Source: a virus
Strand: one strand, 5' to 3'
DNA length: 5,999 bases
Virus record (IMG/VR): IMGVR_UViG_3300023493_000085
The translations under genes and the position numbers were made by a program. The notes beneath the pieces were generated by a model. That model made no database searches. It had not been told where the DNA came from and saw only the letters and a list, made by a program, of their open reading frames with translations. Shown in pieces: positions 4,215 to 5,999 of this stretch. Within the stretch, counting starts at the first letter, position 1, and each line of letters starts with the position of its first letter.

Positions 4215-5330
4215 TTACTTACGGCCAATGCTATTGCCAACACCTTGAAATATACGAGTACCATAATCGAGAGCATTACGAAGCTCATAAGAATTAACAT
4301 CTTTCTGTTTCTGTTTAGAACTCCATTTATAGTAATCACGAACAGCCTTTTCTTTAGAATACTCCATATTCTTAAGAACATTCACATGCTTAGAATCCCA
4401 TAATGAACCTAAACCACGAGCACGATTAGACTGAATATTAGCATAGATAAGAGAATCAGCAGTCTGAGAAGCAATCTTATTATTAATACGAATACCATTG
4501 GTCTCAGCAGCAGTTTTTACAGCCTTAGCCATCTCAGTTTTATACTGAGCCTCTGTAAGAGAGCCTTGTGCATACAGATTAGCAAGCGTCTGACCTTTAA
4601 TAAACAGATCAGCTTGCTGTTGCTCATCAAGATACTTATTAAGTATCTGTTGAGATTCAGAATCAAGCAGAATCTGTGCCTCTTGAGCCGACGTAAGACG
4701 ACCAGCAAATTCCATATTTTTAAGCTCCTGATATTCCTTAGACTGATCCAATAATGCAGATCGGCGGCCAGTAGACGCATCCCAAAAACCTGACTGGCCA
4801 ACACCAATATTGCGATAATTAGTATCGCCAAGAATTTGTTGTATCTTATACGGAGTAAGAGCGGCATTCTGTTCGGCGTTAAGCATAGCAGCGCGAGCCT
4901 GAGCCATAGAAGCAAGAGCAGAGCCTACATCAGAAAAATCAGGGCGAAACGCTTGTAAACTAGGCATACCAGCAGAAGAAGCAACAGCACCACCTGAAGC
5001 AGGGGACTTAGAGCCAGCCAAAGCGGCAGAACCTTGAACAAACGGATTCAGGCCACGAGAAATCATAGCATTAGGGGAGTTATAGGAATTATTCATTCCC
5101 CACATTTTCTCTTGCCAATCACGCTGAATCTGAGCCTGATGAGCATTAAATGCATTATTCTCACGATTAATATCGATACTAGTCTGATTCGTCTTATGCT
5201 GAGAAAAAGATCCGATCGCATTGCCAGCAAGAGAAGCGCCGGCAGCAATAATACCACCAACAACAAGCGGAGCAATATGTTTTTCGGAGTGCCCCATTAA
5301 GGGGCTTTCTCCAATATCATAGAATCTCAT
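4215..5330 (-). CDS. VP2: Minor capsid / DNA pilot protein VP2 (phiX174 H-like)
   Basis: 371-aa track ORF with a true ATG at 5330, in an ATGA overlap with the stop of the upstream gene. It has an N-terminal Gly/Ala-rich hydrophobic segment (APLVVGGIIAAGASLAGNAIG). The block QRDWQEKMWGMNNSYNSPNAMISRGLNPF resembles the W..(R/K)M...(A/R)GLNP block I recall from microvirus VP2 proteins. The centre is long, Q/A/E-rich and probably coiled coil. Size and position are typical for VP2. Confidence 0.8.
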   Translation of the reverse strand: MRFYDIGESPLMGHSEKHIAPLVVGGIIAAGASLAGNAIGSFSQHKTNQTSIDINRENNAFNAHQAQIQRDWQEKMWGMNNSYNSPNAMISRGLNPFVQGSAALAGSKSPASGGAVASSAGMPSLQAFRPDFSDVGSALASMAQARAAMLNAEQNAALTPYKIQQILGDTNYRNIGVGQSGFWDASTGRRSALLDQSKEYQELKNMEFAGRLTSAQEAQILLDSESQQILNKYLDEQQQADLFIKGQTLANLYAQGSLTEAQYKTEMAKAVKTAAETNGIRINNKIASQTADSLIYANIQSNRARGLGSLWDSKHVNVLKNMEYSKEKAVRDYYKWSSKQKQKDVNSYELRNALDYGTRIFQGVGNSIGRK

Positions 5331-5770
5331 TGAGCAGAAGCGTCAGGGGCGGGCGACGGATCGGGCGCTGACTGTTGCTCTGCCAACATTGCTTCGGCAT
5401 AAGCCGTTAGCTCAGATTTTTCGCTAGCCAACTGTTGCAACACAGCTTGGCGTTCCGATATCGTCTGACAATGACGAGAAATAACACAAGCGAATCGCTC
5501 TTCATCAGTCATACCATCCATAACAGTAGACTGAGTAGGATGCATCTGAGCAAGAATGTTCTGAACACTCATATCACCAAGTAAACGACGATACTTCTCC
5601 TGATGCAATAAGATTTGTGTCATATCGACCTGAATTAAATCACCATCAGGGGATTCGTCATACATAACTGAATCATATACAGATTCCTGATAACATGGAT
5701 GGTTTTCAACCAACTCGGGAACAAAATCATCCTTAATAAAATCGGAATTTTTATAAGCAAAATCTCTCAT
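5327..5770 (-). CDS. Acidic protein of about 147 aa, putative internal scaffolding protein (VP3-like)
   Basis: The track ORF 5327..5779 begins at TTG (5779). The first ATG is at 5770 (MRDFAYKNSDF...). The protein is strongly acidic with a Pro/Ala/Ser-rich tail (SAPDPSPAPDASAQ). It lies between VP1 and VP2 and is translationally coupled to VP2 (ATGA at 5330-5327). The functional call rests on size, charge and position only. Confidence 0.6.
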   Translation of the reverse strand: MRDFAYKNSDFIKDDFVPELVENHPCYQESVYDSVMYDESPDGDLIQVDMTQILLHQEKYRRLLGDMSVQNILAQMHPTQSTVMDGMTDEERFACVISRHCQTISERQAVLQQLASEKSELTAYAEAMLAEQQSAPDPSPAPDASAQ

Positions 5771-5782
5771 AATAGACAAAAA

Positions 5783-5999
5783 TTAATAAGGTAAACCATT
5801 ACGATCCAAGTTCTGTACAGCATACACTTGGAAATTAACATTACACAATAATTGATCAAACGCAACAGAGCAATTAGCAGCATCAACCTGGGGAACAAAG
5901 ATAGAATTCAGCTGTTGAGGACGAACCTTCATGGACTGATAAGACCAAGCACCAGCGGAAGTAAGAACTTGCCAACCATCAAGAGGAGCAACCCAAGAC
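5783..5999 (-). CDS. VP1: Major capsid protein VP1, C-terminal part (joins 1..1566 across the circular junction)
   Basis: TAA stop at 5785-5783. Hand translation of 5999..5786 is stop-free and ends ...SYQSMKVRPQQLNSIFVPQVDAANCSVAFDQLLCNVNFQVYAVQNLDRNGLPY*. The frame is continuous with 1..1566 when base 5945 is equated with base 1. The joined ORF is 1,728 nt, or 575 aa. Confidence 0.88.
   Translation of the reverse strand, partial: SWVAPLDGWQVLTSAGAWSYQSMKVRPQQLNSIFVPQVDAANCSVAFDQLLCNVNFQVYAVQNLDRNGLPY
5945..5999. repeat. Terminal direct repeat, right copy (assembly overlap)
   Basis: Exact 55-nt copy of 1-55. Confidence 0.95.

Noticed and set aside
1647-5275. Other same-strand internal ORFs (1647-1841, 1845-2054, 2724-2984, 4517-4915, 5093-5275)
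   Set aside because: They are short or Leu/Arg-rich off-frame products of Rep and VP2. For example, the 132-aa ORF is the shifted reading of the Q/A-rich VP2 coiled coil. Nothing distinguishes them from chance.
2755-5300. Plus-strand track ORFs (2755-3078, 3414-3686, 4566-4754, 5034-5300)
   Set aside because: They are antisense shadows of strong minus-strand genes, with I-, L-, K- and N-rich composition and no promoter-like context. Microviruses, as far as is known, encode everything on one strand.
1-5999. Terminal 55-nt repeat as a biological direct terminal repeat or LTR; also tRNA, rRNA, CRISPR, integrase or transposase content
   Set aside because: The repeat lies inside the capsid ORF and simply closes the circle. 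No spaced repeat array, cloverleaf-like sequence, rRNA-like segment or recombinase-like ORF is present.

Overview
The window is one complete, circularly permuted genome of a small ssDNA phage of the family Microviridae, not a stretch of bacterial chromosome. Bases 1-55 recur exactly at 5945-5999, so the real unit is a 5,944-nt circle and the repeat is an assembly overlap. All convincing genes lie on the minus strand, which is therefore both mRNA sense and, by microvirus convention, the packaged virion strand. Going round the circle in minus sense: major capsid protein VP1 (1566..1 joined to 5944..5783, 575 aa), an acidic VP3-like protein of about 147 aa, the VP2 pilot/minor capsid protein (371 aa), a 37-aa ORF, a large non-coding region, a 64-aa protein, a 27-aa transmembrane peptide, and a long HUH rolling-circle Rep (VP4, 559-567 aa) with a phiX174-A-like YVAxYVN double-tyrosine motif. 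Elsewhere the genes are tightly packed (one ATGA overlap, gaps of 12-52 nt). No start codon has a Shine-Dalgarno motif, and one Bacteroides-type -33/-7 promoter can be read, which suggests a Bacteroidota host and an Alpavirinae-like phage (inference only). The outlier is 3594-4214: about 620 nt, roughly 10% of the genome, with no ORF of 60 aa or more. Its core (3691-4040) is about 50% G+C against AT-rich flanks and forms an almost uninterrupted chain of perfect or near-perfect hairpins that fold better on the virion/mRNA-sense strand. This core is bracketed by a truncated, diverged duplicate of the 64-aa gene on one side and the full copy on the other. I consider it the best candidate for something undescribed: an ssDNA origin or priming module, a structured RNA, or an acquired cassette. 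I cannot assign it to a known RNA or DNA element family by eye. No tRNA, rRNA, CRISPR array, integrase or transposase was seen.
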